A DNA stretch of 64,000 bases from Macrostomum lignano (GCA_002269645.1 NIVC01000040.1:806001-870000); one strand, 5' to 3'; numbered from the stretch's first letter, positions 35,527-49,339 are shown. Program-made: numbers and translations. Notes: generated by a model from the sequence alone, not told the origin.

Positions 35527-36619
35527 ATGCGTTTAGCAATTAGATTTGTGTCTAAAAGCCAGGCTAAAATAAAAGTAAGTTTTTTTCTTTTTAAAATAGA
35601 GACGCGCATCTAGGAGGACTTACACGACATCTTTAGTCTGTTTTCTGCATTCTAATTACAGCCCTAGCGCCAGCCTCTGTCTATCTCTGACCCTTTCTCC
35701 CCGTTGTGTGCGCGTAGACCTTATAATGCACGGAATCGAAGGGTTAAGGCTAATGAGAAATATTCATATATTATCACGCCAGGTTTGAATAAGGCATGCC
35801 ATGCCATATACGGCCAGTGCATTTCTAACGCCCTCGTGATGAGGAGGGGCGGCACAAGAATGCCCCTTGGCGCATTCGAACGCACAGCCACGCTTGTCTG
35901 TCCGACCCCCTCCACCACCCGCTGTTCTCGACAGAGAAGTGTGCGATGTGTGTGTGTGTGTGTCGTGTGTGCATTGAGCTGTCTTAGCTAGTAATGTGCT
36001 TTATCTCTTTCTCAACCCTCTCAGATAGTCTACGAGGGTAATAATACCTCGTGTACAGAGGAACGAACTCGAATTATAACTTGTAATTAGTTTTTCCGAA
36101 CTTCTCGGAGATTTATGGGTTAATTAATAATAATGACGCACGCTTTCTGGGGGGGTTAAAATTAAATTTTTTACTTTTTACCCCAGAAATAAAAACCGCC
36201 CCCGATACCGGAAGGACTCGTTGACCTCCAAAATTACCACTAGCACCTGACGCATACTGGAATTCAGAAATTGCTTGAGCCAGCAAAATAATTTTTGCTT
36301 AACTTTCCCACGCACTTTCCCGCTCATAAAGCAGTTGTTGCATGACCACCTTCTCGTAGTTAAATATCCGGTATGTAGCACCAAAATGAAAAACTTTTAC
36401 TTTCAACTCAGTCACGCAACGCAATGGCAGCTACAATATCCTTTATTAACTCGGACACAGTGTTACAGTATAAATACACCGCTGTATTTGACCGCAAAAT
36501 GTTATCAATTTCAGGAAAGTTCCAGCTGCTTACGCGTCTTGATTTAATCTGGATTTTAATTGACTGTAAGTTGCGAGCGTACAGAACTTTAGGGCGAATT
36601 TTGTAGGAATTTTCAGTCA

Positions 36620-36905
36620 CTCTATCCAGGTGTTGTCAGTGTCTATCCAGGTGTTGTCAGTGTCTCTATCCAGGTGTTGTCAGTGTCTCTATCCAGGTGT
36701 TGTCAGTGTCTCTATCCAGGTGTTGTCAGTGTCTATCCAGGTGTTGTCAGTGTCTCTACCCAGGTGTTGTCAGTGTCTCTCTCCAGGTGTTGTCAGTTTC
36801 TATCCAGGTGTTGTCAGTGTCTCCATCCAGGTGTTGTCAGTGTCTCTATCTAGGTGTTGTCAGTGTCTCTATCCAGGTGTTGTCAGTGTCTCTATCCAGG
36901 TGTTG
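36620..36905. repeat. ~22-24-bp minisatellite CTCTATCCAGGTGTTGTCAGTGT
   Basis: Direct tandem copies. Confidence 0.95.
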
Positions 36906-37059
36906 ACTCTAAATCTAACAGGATGCTGTCAATCCCTCTAACAAGGTGTTCCTTTGTCCTGTTTAGTTTTCCCTGCAACTAGTGTTGTCAGGGCCTTTCT
37001 GTATATCAGTATGTTCTTAAAAAACCTTACAGGCTTAGTAAAGACTCAACTCAAACGAA

Positions 37060-38918
37060 ATGGCGCTCCGGCCAACACTAGCTTTGCTCCTAGGCCTGTC
37101 ATCTGTGCTCACTCTATCAACCGCTGTACCCAGCGACTGGATTGAGTACACTCCGGGCACGTGTAATATCGTTATCTCCTCGCCGCACGGCGGCTCCAAG
37201 CGGGTGTCCGAAATCCCGGACGACCGAACCGACGGCTGCTTGGACGGTGGCAACGTCTGCCAATGGGAGAAAGACTGCAGCCCGGCCGACGGCAGCAAGT
37301 GCAGGGCCAGCACCTTCAGGGACTCTTACACACAAGAGGCAGGTTACCTGTGGCTAATGGTCAGCAAGGATGCTAAAGGATACTACTCGTAGCTCATATT
37401 TCGAAGGACTTTAGAGTTCTGCATACAGACACTATTTTAAGTGTCTTCGTGAAAAACGAGCATTTAAAGTACACGATGTCGTTCCACTGTAGATTGCGGC
37501 CATGGTTGTGCAGCACCTTAGCGAGACTTACGGTTGTCAGCCACACTTTGTCCGGTCCAACGTGCACCGCAGCAAGATGGACCCCAATAGGGAGCCCGCC
37601 GAAGGCACACAGGGAGATCCTGTCGCTCTGGAGGCCTGGAAGAAGTACCACGACGAGTTCATGTCGTCGGCGGTGGCCGCCGTTCGATCTCAGTGGGTCA
37701 AAGGTCTGGTCTTCGACATCCACGGCCAGACGCATGCTGAGCAGTGGACTGAGCTGGGATACCTGTGCGTTGCATTGTTGCTTTTATAAACTTCTATTTA
37801 GACTCACATCCACTGAGAATGCAGTTTGTGTCTCTAGACATGCACAAACATCCACTGAGAATGCAGTATGTGTGTCTCTAGACATGCACAAACATCCACT
37901 GAGAATGCAGTATGTGTGTCTCTAGACATGCACAAACATCCACTGAGAATGCAGTATGTGTGTCTCTAGACATGCACAAACATCCACTGAGAATGCAGTT
38001 TGTCTCTAGACATGCACAAACATCCACTGAGAATGCAGTATGTGTGTCTCTAGACATGCACAAACATCCACTGAGAATGCAGTTTGTGTCTCTAGACATG
38101 CACAAACATCCACTGAGAATGCAGTATGTGTGTCTCTAGACATGCACTAACATCCACTGAGAATGCAGTATGTGTGTCTCTAGACATGCACTAACATCCA
38201 CTGAGAATGCAGTGTGTGTGTCTCTAGACATGCACTAACATCCACTGAGAATGCAGTTTGTGTCTCTAGACATGCATTAACATCCACTGAGAATGCAGTA
38301 TGTGTGTCTCTAGACATGCACTAACATCCACTGAGAATGCAGTATGTGTGTCTCTAGACATGCACTAACGTCCACTGAGAATGCAGTTTGTGTCTCTAGA
38401 CATGCACAAACATCCACTGAGAATGCAGTATGTGTGTCTAGACATGCACTAACATCCACTGAGAATGCAGTGTGTGTCTCTAGACACACAAACATCCACA
38501 GAGAATGCCCAACACTGAATTCTCAATCAACCCTTGGCGTAGAGTCTCCGGTTACCGACTGGACAACACTCCCAGCGACCTCGCTAGCAGCAGCATCCGT
38601 GGTCTGTGGAGCCGCAGCGGCGCCGACTCTGCTGCCACCAGCAGCCTGCTGACCGGAGCCAAGAGCCTCGGTTCTATGCTGGAGAAGCGAGGCCAGAAGG
38701 TGGTGCCTGGACCGACGTACCCGTCACCGAACGGCGGCAACTATTTCAGCGGCGGCTACATTGTCGAACGGTACGGCTCGCTGGCCTCCGGAGAGGTCGA
38801 CTCCATCCAGGTGGAAATTCCGCGGGAAATCCGATTCGACTCTGCCCGAAGGGCCGCCTTTGCCGCCGATCTGGCCTCTTCGATTGACGAGTTTCGAAAG
38901 TCGAATGGCTACGCCTGA
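37060..38918 (+). CDS. Secreted N-formylglutamate-amidohydrolase-like (Zn-exopeptidase fold) protein, ~308 aa
   Basis: join(37060..37338,37493..37764,38543..38918); intron 1 GC-AG, intron 2 GT-AG phase 2. Signal peptide; ISSPHGG, D-x-YTQE, HRSKMDPNR, FDIHGQ, ELGY, SGGY, IQVEIP motifs. Confidence 0.8.
37800..38500. repeat. 44-bp minisatellite in intron 2
   Basis: CATCCACTGAGAATGCAGTATGTGTGTCTCTAGACATGCACAAA units. Confidence 0.95.
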
Positions 38919-39202
38919 GACCGGATGAGCACGAGTATCTCTTGGCGATGTTGGAGAACCATGGTGAAGGGATTTCGAAGAAAGAACTCAAAATAAATTA
39001 AATAGATGATGGATAAATGTTCCAGCATATATCGGATCATTTTTCTTTGCTTTATCATTTATATTTTTTAGTCGCGACTGTACTAAAACAAAGAGTTTAG
39101 AAGAAAAGCAGAGCACAGAGTAACAGTCACAGCTAGTTACAAAACAAGTTAGTGGCAAAAAGGAGAGTCTGCTGTCTTCTAGAAGAAGCAAAACATAAAT
39201 TT

Positions 39203-39473
39203 TTAAAACTCAATCTCGCGCAGCAGTTCCGCTTTGCTTTCAACGATGTCTTTGAGCCATTTCTCACGGAATCTGGTCTCGCCAGGTCGGTGCACGAGCC
39301 GGTTCGTCTCGAATACGTAAAATACATCCACTAAGTGGTCCTGGGTGGGGGAAAATGATAGATAGATAGATTTATTGATTGGTTAGTGGCTTGATTGACT
39401 GATTGATTGACTGATTGATTGATTGATTGATTAATTGATTGATGGATTGATTGACTGACTGATTGATTGATTA

Positions 39474-39532
<59 letters not shown>

Positions 39533-39533
39533 A

Positions 39534-39583
<50 letters not shown>

Positions 39584-41096
39584 GGATGGACTGATTGACT
39601 GACTGATAGATTGATTGATTGATTGATTGACTGACTGATTGATTAATAAATTGATTGATTGACTGATTGATTGATTAATTAATTGATTGATTGATTGATT
39701 GATAGATTGATTAATCGATAGATAGATTGATTGATTGATGGACTGATTGACTGACTGATAGATTTATTGATTGATTGTTTGATTGACTGACTGATTGATT
39801 AATTAATTGATTTACTGACTGATTGATTAATTGATTGATTGACTGACTGATTGATTGATTGACTGACTGATTGATTAATCGATTGATTGATTGATTAATT
39901 GATTGATTGATTGACTGATTGATTAATCGATTGATTGATTGATTAATTGATTGATTGACTGACTGATTGATTGACTGACTGATTGATTAATTGATTTATT
40001 GATTGATTAATTGATTGATTGATTGACTAATTGATTGACTGACTGATTGATTGACTGATTGATTGATTGATTGATTACTTGATTGATTGACTGACTGATT
40101 GATTGGTTGATTAATTGATTGATCGATGGGTTGATTGGTTGATTAACTGACTGACTGACTGATTGATTGATTGACTGACAGGCAGCTACTCACGGCAGGC
40201 TTGATCCTGGACACAGAGAAGGTGAAGTACACGCAGGCGGTGGCCCTGGGCACCGGCTTCCGTCTAGTCGGCACACTCCAGCGCACCCGGAACCGGTGCC
40301 GGCTGTCAAACTCGGCCGCGTCCTCGCCCAGGTAGTCGATGCAAAAAAGCCAGCTGGCGTCGAACTCCCAGGTTTCCTGAGCGAAAAAAATCCCATTCGT
40401 AAATAACTGTACGCGCAAAATCAATAAACAAAGAGGGCTGAAAGATATCGTTCTGTCAGAACGCACTATAGTGTTTTATTTGAAGGCCTAATTCGTAGAA
40501 AGCTGCACTGGATTTCTTACAAAGAGATGTAAGAATTTATGCGACGGTAAATTTGTTGTATTGCCAGTGCTTTTGGTATGCTTTTTAGAGAACGCATAGT
40601 GATAAACTGGGTTCGGCCATAGACAAATCGGTCAAGAGAAATAAAAAATCCAGCTCATTTCTAAGAAAATCAAGGTTACTGATTTTCTGGTACAGTTGTC
40701 CATGAAGTAGGCCTTCAAAAAACTTTTTTTCCATTTTAACACGAATGAAACTTTAAGATGTCTTTGTCAATCAATTGAATGAATAGCCTCTCAGTTGATT
40801 TTTCTCAGAGAGGAGCTGCTCACCCGAATGAACTGCTCAATCTTGGCCTCGGCCCTGTCCACGGAGAATTCGCCAATCCTCAGCCAGTCAATGTCTGGCA
40901 CCGGCTGCTCCGGGTACTGGCTCAGGTAAGTACCGCCGCGTTTCTTAATGGCCGAAGCCTCTCTGGAGAGCCCGGGCACCGTGGCGACGCCTTCAACTGC
41001 GTTGTCGGTGACCTCGGCGAGCTGCTGGACGGCGAAATCGATGGCCTGATCAACCAGGTAGTTCGCCTGGCCCAAATACGCGTCGTCGGCGTCCAT
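39203..41096 (-). CDS. AKAP14: A-kinase anchoring protein 14 (AKAP28 family), ~197 aa
   Basis: complement(join(39203..39340,40194..40376,40824..41096)), all phase 0. IDWLRIGEFSV, RWSVPTRRKPVPRATACVYF, LVHRPGETRFREKWLKDIVESK. Confidence 0.9.
39355..40178. repeat. (GATT/GACT)n microsatellite in AKAP14 intron 2
   Basis: Direct observation. Confidence 0.95.
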
Positions 41097-42464
41097 TTTT
41101 TTATTTATTTAATTTTATTGTTTGCGTGCGAACTGCACTACATGAATTGATAGTTTAAGTAGTGCAGCGTGAATAATTCGAGTATTTTACGAAAAACACA
41201 AATAATTATGAGTTGGGTGTATGCTCTGAAAAAAACCATTTTTGATGAAGAAATTCAATAAAACAAAATAGTTTAACAATGCAAAGAAAAACTTTGCTAT
41301 TAAAACGTTTTTATTAGCCTTTCAGCTGGTCTAGTGCTAAAAAATTATTAAGGATAGAATTGAGATTACTGATTGGTTGGGATTTTAATTCAGAGTGTGA
41401 GATTCCCAACTGAGACAACATCGATTGTTCGTAGATATGGGCCGAGTTTGCGTGTAAAAGTTTTGTTATTCTTGTAAATCAGCAATAAAAAAATTCAACA
41501 AATTGTCTTAAGCGTCAAAAGCGTAAGCAATATTTTTAAAAAGCTGGAGCTTCTATAAAAAATTGAAATTTCGAAAATCATCAAGGAAGCCGAATTCAAA
41601 ATCTCAGTTCAGCTCTGTTGGAGCAAAATGTGTTCCATAATATCCATGAAGAGAACATTAACAAAAGGAATTATTGTCGAAATATGTGACATTAACTGGG
41701 TATTCGAGATCGCTCTCGAGGCTAAATTGTCCAGCAGTGCAAGAATAACAAACTGGCGTCAAGGTCATAGTGCTTCTGGAAGTGCCGGGAACTACTTGAC
41801 AGGAAGCCTTGTAAGCTGAACTTGCTTGTGCAGTCTTCAATTATAAAATATATCGCATAAATCATTGATTGATAGGCGGACTCATAGCTTGATTAATATC
41901 CATAATACAAGACTGTAAGCGTAACGCTGTAAAACGATTTAAAGCGAAAATTCTACTAGGACAAAATGTTGCCACCTGGTTGCTAGGGCGATTTTCCGGG
42001 TAACATAAATTAATACAATCAGCACTTGATTAGGTTAGAAAAGCGTGGTACTTATTAGCAATTACTACAGACTATTAATATGGAGGAGTGGCAAGGTTAA
42101 CACGCACCGATTACATCGCGTGCAGGGCGTGATTGATGCGGGCCGGTTGCTAGGGGCGCTGAAACTGGTTGCTAGGCTAGTAGGGGAAGGCTTTGAAGAA
42201 GAGAACGGAAGCTGCGCCCCCCCCCCCTGCGTGAATTTTAGCTGGTTGGAGACGATGAGATTCAGTGCAGCAACTTGAGAACCCGCAGTTGAAACTGGCC
42301 TACACAACTGTGAGCACTCAAACTCTGTGCAACTATGGCTAGAAAATATAGAAGAAAGGGAACTCAGCTACGTCAGAAATCCCACTCATGGGCCGGATTA
42401 GGAAAATCTAGAGTTAACTACAACACGAACAAATCAATTCAAAAGCATGTTTTACAAGCTGTGG

Positions 42465-43030
42465 CAATGGTCTGTTTTCAGTTCAAACCACAGATCGAAA
42501 ATGTACATCCAGCACAACCCACCCCATTCTGCAGTCGGTCTGTCTTCAGTTCAAACCACAGATCGAAAATGTACATCCAGCACAACCCACCCCATTCTGC
42601 AGTCGGTCTGTCTTCAGTTCAAACCACAGATCGAAAATGTACATCCAGCACAACCCACCCCATTCTGCAGTCGGTCTGTCTTCAGTTCAAACACAGATCG
42701 AAAATGTACATCCAGCACAACCCACCCCATTCTGCAGTCGGTCTGTCTTCAGTTCAAACCACAGATCGATAATGTACATCCAGCACAACCCACCCCATTC
42801 TGCAGTCGGTCTGTCTTCAGTTCAAACCACAGATCGATAATGTACATCCAGCACAACCCACCCCATTCTGCAGTCGGTCTGTCTTCAGTTCAAACCACAG
42901 ATCGAAAATGTACATCCAGCACAATTCACCCTATTCTGCAGTCGGTCTGTCTTCAGTTCAAACCACAGATCGATGATGTACATAAAACACACCCACCCCA
43001 TTCTGAAGTCGGTCTGTCTTCAGTTCAGTC
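42465..43030. repeat. 68-bp minisatellite, ~8 copies
   Basis: CAGATCGAAAATGTACATCCAGC... recurs at 42491, 42559 and onward. Confidence 0.95.
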
Positions 43031-43247
43031 CACCCCATTTGAACACATGTCTACGGCAACAAAGAATACTTGAAAATTCACAAAAGTTGACAGAAAAGTA
43101 CAAAGCATAAAAAGCAAACACAGATTAAACATAGCGACGTGAATTTCTATGTAAGCAAGAGACAAAACTTCTCCACTAAGAACTTGACAGTTTTAGTTTA
43201 ATATCCTTTGTTCAATTGAAAGGCCCAACGTGAAACTCCGGTGTTTC

Positions 43248-46200
43248 TCATTCCTTTTTCAGCTGTTCAGGGGCATTGTCATCGTCCGCAGATCGCTGCT
43301 GCTCCTGCTGCTGTTCCTGCTGACGCTCAGTCGACTGCTTGCCGTCGTCTTTCCGTCGGCCCGACTGGCTCTCCGAGGACCGAGTCTGCGTCTTCTCCTG
43401 ACAGAGTGACAGAGTGACAGAGTTAGAGTGACAGGATTGGCTTGCGAATCTTTGGATTTGGGCGAGACTGACTAAAATTTGGAATAGATACTTTAATTTG
43501 AGATTTTAGATTTCGGCGTGAAAGATTTCAAACTGGGCATCTTGGTGACCTTTAGATGTGACAAATCTTTTTGTCACAGATTTGGCTGTAACAGACTTGG
43601 ATGTGTGACAGACGTGGGAGTGTGACAGAATTGGCTGTGACCGACTTAAGAACGTGAGAGACTTAGGTGTGTGAAAGACTTATTTGTGCGACTGACTTAG
43701 GTGTGTGACAGACTTGGGTGTGTGACAGACTTGGGTGTGTGACAGACTTGGGTGTGTAACAGACTTGGGTGTGTGACAGACTTGGGTGTGTGACAGACTT
43801 GGGTGTGTGACAGACTTGGGTGTGTGACAGACTTGGGTGTGTGACAGACTTGGGTGTGTGACTGATTCAATTTGACGAACCCAGAACAGAACCAGAACAT
43901 AATTCTAAATCGTTACAAAATAACAGAAACATTAAATTTTGCTTTTTCTAAACTCATCAATACTGCATGTTATGCTATGCTAATGACAGTATGTAATGTC
44001 CAGTATGTCAAGTATCTGACTTTCTCTCTCTTAGTTTCACTGCCTACAATAAGAAGCTGTTTGTTTAACTATTGTGCAGTTATAATGTTTAACTTTGCTG
44101 CTGTCAAGTTCTTCTTGAGCAAACTTTCATGCGACCGGGTATTTTTTACGTATTACGCGCTCAAACAAAGAGATGGAGCAGGAGTTGCTAGTGGCACAGT
44201 AGTTATGAGAGCAGTGGCTTTTGCTGCTATGAGGGAAAATATCTGGTTACCACTGGCAACCATTATACGCTTATAGAAACTTTATAGTATGCTTGAAGTA
44301 GGATGATGAGCTTTATAGGGAAGCAGTTTGCGATTTTTATGAACCTTTGGGATTTTTATTTTGTTTGCCTTTTTCATCTATTTTGTTTGACTGTTCTCTC
44401 ACACTTTGATGTCTCAGGCTCCAAGTCTGTTCCCCTCTGTCCCCTCTGCTGCCCTCTGTCCCCCTCTGCTGCCCTCTGTCCCCCTCTGTTCCCCTCTGCT
44501 GCCCCATGTTCCCCTCTGCTGCCCTCTGTCCCCCTCTGCCGCCCTCTGTCCCCCTCTGCTGCCCTCTGCTGTCCCCCTCTGCTGCCCTCTGTCCCCCTCT
44601 GCTGTCCTCTGCTGTCCCCCTCTGCTGCCCTCTGTCCCCCTCTGCTGCCCTCTGCTGTCCCCCTCTGCTGCCCTCTGTCCCCCTCTGCTGCCCTCTGCTG
44701 TCCCCCTCTGCTGCCCTCTGTCCCCCTCTGCTGCCCTCTGCTGTCCCCCTCTGCTGCCCTCTGTCCCCCTCTGCTGCCCTCTGCTGTCCCCCTCTGCTGC
44801 CCTCTGTCCCCCTCTGCTGCCCTCTGCTGTCCCCCTCTGCTGCCCTCTGTCCCCCTCTGCTGCCCTCTGCTGTCCCCCTCTGCTGCCCTCTGTCCCCCTC
44901 TGCTTTCCTCTGTCCCCCTCTGCTGCCCTCTATCCCCCTCTGTCCCCCTCTGCTGCCCTCTGTCCCCCTCTGCTGCCCTCTGTCCCCCTCTGCTGCCCTC
45001 TGTCCCCCTCTGCTGCCCTCTGTCTCCCTCTGCTGCCCTCTGTCCCCCTCTGCTTTCCTCTGTCCCCTCTGCTGCCCTCTGTCCCCCTCTGTTCCCCTCT
45101 GCTGTCTGTTACCCCCCCCCTGTTCCCCCTCTCTGCTACCTCTGTTCTGAGTTCTGAAATGAATGTGGGGGCCGCTCACGAATTGAACCAGCTGGTCAAG
45201 GAGTCAGGTAGCAACTAGATTGATTAATGATTAAAATATTATACGAATTATCTCGTTCACCTTTTCCCACCAGCCCTTGGGAAAGCGGCTGATGTTGTCC
45301 ATGTAGCTGAGGTTCATCTGCCAGTCTTTCTTCCAGTCCAGCTCGCTGGGGCCCATGGACTTTTGCAGGATTCGCTCCATCATAGCTTTGTTCTCGCGCG
45401 TCACCCGCAGCAGCTCGCGTTGACGCCTCGATCGGTTCAAGCTGCGGTTGTCATGCGGACGGGGATAAAAGGATTGAACAGCTATTGAAATTTATTGAGA
45501 GCAAACAAATCGTAAAGATTAGAAACATGTATGAAGCCTCTTAATTGAGTTAACATGCTCCCAAAATCCCAAAGCCCCGATGGCTAAACCGATGAACAAC
45601 ATCCATTAAACTAACCTGTCATAAACCGCATTCAAATCCAGCACTGGCTACTTGAGCTATATGGCCCTTGAAAGTTGGCAGAAAAAGACAGACTGCAACT
45701 GTGGAAGATGCGGTCTGTGAAACAAGTGCCAAATAGGAGAATTGTAAGCTTTTATTGGGAGACCCGTGTCTCTATATTTCTAGGAAGGCTACCAGCATTT
45801 TCGAGGTTAAGCAGAACTGACTGCGGTTAGTACAAAGGCACAATTAAATTAATAATTAGTATTAATTTTAATCCTGACCTCTTGGTCATGTAGTTGTTGA
45901 CATTGTCAATTCGACCGCCAGTTCGCATAATCATGGACATCTTCTCCAGCAGGATCCGGTTGTCGCGTTCAATAATGGCCAGCCGCTCCTCTTCTAGCTG
46001 AAGCTTCTTCGGCTTCAGGTGCAGATGGATGTAGGTCTGCGGCGGCTTGGTGTCCACCATGGCTTTCACCCGCTTCAACTGTGCGCATGAGGCGGGTATA
46101 GGAATTATGAATGCAGCATTTAGTTCGAAATACTGTGTCTCTTACAGTAAAAATGAATAGATTTAATATCGGCCTAACTTCTTTGCTTCTAAGTTTGGCA

Positions 46201-46821
46201 TGGCATAAGACAATAAAACAATTGAAAATCTGACTTAAAACCATTTAAAGGCTTTGGTAAATAATGGAAAAAATAGTACACTGTGAATCACAAAATACTA
46301 AAACAGCTTCAAAGCCAAAGGTCCTGCACATTATTTTAGGCTTTTTATGACTACTACTAGTCTACTGTTATTTTTTTCTGTTGTAAAAGTAAAAAAGTAA
46401 AATCAGTTACTTATTAAGAATAAATATACAAATAAATAAATTTCACAGTTGAATTTACAAAAAATAATTGAGTTTTAGAAAACATTTTATTTAACATTTA
46501 ACATTTAACATTATTTAACTAGGCTAAATATTAACTTTTATACAACTCAACACAAGTGATAAAAATGACTCGGCAACATTATGATTTTATAGTTATGCAC
46601 GCAAAAAAGTCATTTTATGTGAAAAAGTTAAAAAATTTGTTGGTTTACTAGCTTTGACTCGTGTTTTTATTCTTAAAATTCCGTTTCATGGCTCTATCCT
46701 CAATCCAAAAGAAATTATTTACCTCTTCTCTGTGACGTTTGTATGCAGCTTCATCATACTGCATCTGCAGCAGACGATTTTGGCAGGGAAGAACAGAATA
46801 ATAGTAACGATGACGCTGCAT
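43248..46821 (-). CDS. CFAP97D2: CFAP97 domain-containing protein (CFAP97D2/hemingway family), ~209 aa
   Basis: complement(join(43248..43397,45261..45441,45879..46078,46723..46821)), phases 0/2/0. VDTKPPQTYIHLHLKPKKLQLEEERLAIIERDNRILLEKM, SLNRSRRQRELLRVTREN. Confidence 0.88.
43560..43862. repeat. 17-bp minisatellite GACTTGGGTGTGTGACA (intronic)
   Basis: Direct tandem copies, degenerate toward 43560. Confidence 0.9.
44425..45140. repeat. C-rich compound repeat (CCCTCTG/CTG/TCC modules), intronic
   Basis: Direct observation. Confidence 0.95.
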
Positions 46822-48879
46822 TCTGAAGCACAGGCAACAACAAAGTTCAAAACACAACTAAAATACTTAAGCCCCGCTACTGCTCCTAAATTGCGACAAG
46901 CGTATAAGTTAAATTAGTGCTAAAATGCTGTCCATCGTTACGGAACGAATTTGTTATAATGCTCCGTAACTAAGCTTCAAAACTCACTCAGACTCTTGAA
47001 TAATAATGTTTTAATGAATTTAAGCAAAGAGCTAGTTTAAATTATCTTCAAAATAGATATCACTTTATTTTCTGTTGTGACGTTTTTGAAATTTGTTAAC
47101 TCATCTTTCCCGAGTATTAGGATTTTTTTGAAATCAAAAATGCAAATGCTATCAAATGCGGTATTAGTATAGACCTCACTATTAGTATTCTACTCTGGCA
47201 AAAACTATGAACGACGTGACTTGTTAATTGATCAGCAGATCAGGCTACAAGCTACGTTTCAGTTACTGTTTCTAGAATAAACGAAAAAACTCAAAATATT
47301 CAAACAGGGATCGTATGTATATGAATAACCCTAAGGTCTAACCCGAAGCCTGTGAGTCAGCATCAAAACATCATATATTCTTGAGACTTGAACTTTTTAT
47401 TATAAAAAATTCTCTTTCTCACCACAATTAGCTAAATCAATTTAAGAGCATGAATGAAAGTTAAGGTGCGTTATAAAAAGCACACGCACATAATTATAGC
47501 TAGCTAGTTGAAAGATAACTTCTAACTGATTGAGTCAATTGGTATTAGTGTATTTTGATAGCCAGGTCAAAAAAAGCAGAAAAAACTGACTAAAAAACAA
47601 ATTAAAAATGTGGCAGTAGCTATCAACCGTGTACATTTGAATTATCAAAGCAGCACAGAACAACATCAAAATTGACAAAAAAATTAAAGGTATATAATTT
47701 ATTATTTACGTATCTGTGTACAAGATATACAGAAATTTATTACTATTACTTCTATTCAAGAAAATATACGATGAAAACTTCACACCTATCTAAAATTTCT
47801 GCCTGCAGTAGCAGCAAGCCTACTTAAAAAAGTCCGCTAATTTAAAGTAAAGACAATTAAAAGGTTAATAAAATAGCCGACGAAAACAATCCATAAGCAT
47901 CGCCCAGCCAAAAAACAACAAGCACAAAATTCACAAAAAGTATAAAATCGCTGACGTTTATCAAGACTGTTACATAAAGCATTGATCTAAAAAGATGTAC
48001 GAAACACTTACATAACTAAAGCGCCTTTGTGGTCGCAAAATTTGTGATAAAAATTTTTACTAAATGAAAGTTGAATTACCTAAATTTATAGGATTAACAG
48101 AAATACAATGCTGTAGAAGTTTTAAGTTTAAGTTCGTATGATGATGACGCAATCAAAAAGTAAAGAAGCGATAACTTTAAGCTATACTCATGTGCAACTG
48201 CCGAATTCTGCAACAAGCAGGGTATAGCGAAACAGATCTTGACAACGAATAACAAATGAATGATAACCAGTTACTAAAATTATCCTATAATTTACATGTA
48301 TATTAAATAAGTCCATTTCACAATGTCGATTCACATTTGTCTCTTATGACAATAGCTACAAGAAAAAAAGCTATACAACAGTTGGTATATAATACTAATC
48401 CATATAGCTATACTAAATTATAGCTAAAATCATACTAGATGCGAAATTGACACAGGAGTATAATTAAACTAGATATAGCAGCTATTGTATAAAAATCATG
48501 AATTATTCATTACTACAGCGGCGACAGCATAAATGAATTATAAAATTTATAAAGTACTAAATCTATTTAAAGAATCATAAATTTATAGTTTCTCTATTAA
48601 AATAACAGAAATCGAGCTAATTGGCCCTTATAAAAATGGCGACAGTGTGCCATGCAGCTGGCAGGCAATATTCCCTAATCCACTGTCTCTGTGCAACAAT
48701 CCAAAGATAAAAGTACAGGACTTCGATAATAAAATGAAGCGACGTTGTAAATAAAAAGATCAATTCGCATTTTATAGCCCTTTTACCAGTAGTCTATGCA
48801 GTATATACGAAAGTCTTTGAGAGACAATTAATAACTGGAAATTCATGGGTCTACGTCAATCCACTGCCAAAAGTTTGAC

Positions 48880-49097
48880 CACCTAACCTAACCCTAACCT
48901 AAACCCTAAACCTTAACCTAAAACCTTATTCTTCAGTCCAAACTTGAAAGCTAACCTAACCCCAAACCTAAACCTAAACCCAAACCTTAAACCCTAGTAG
49001 TAAACCCTAGATCTAAGCACTAACCCTAAGCTTTAAACCTAAACCTAAAATCTAATTCCTAAACCCTAATCTAAACTCAAACCTAAACCCTAACCCA
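48880..49097. repeat. Degenerate telomere-like (CCCTAA/CCTAAA)n interstitial tract
   Basis: cctaaccctaacctaaaccctaaacc... over ~220 bp. Confidence 0.8.
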
Positions 49098-49339
49098 AAT
49101 CGTCGGCAGTCAGTTGTGGTGCTCCCAACGGTTGGTAGACGATTATAAATTGAATAATCTGTTGCAATTGTCTGCTCGTCTCTCAATGGAGTTTCTCAGT
49201 CAGAAATGCGCGTGCTGTCTATGGCCCAACCTGTTTCTACTCTATATGCTTTCAACTTCAGATTTCTGTTTCCTAACTCTGCATGACATAAGACAATGCT
49301 GCTGAGCAAACTTTTGTTTACATGTAGTTAGCTCAAGGC

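Noticed and set aside
36029-36056. Mariner-like TACGAGGGT start with small hairpin
   Set aside because: Only ~25 bp, no distant partner TIR or transposase remnant; could be chance.
44303-45218. Cys/Pro/Leu-rich and Gly/Arg/Gln-rich ORFs of 210-280 aa
   Set aside because: Translations of the C-rich repeat inside CFAP97D2 intron 3.
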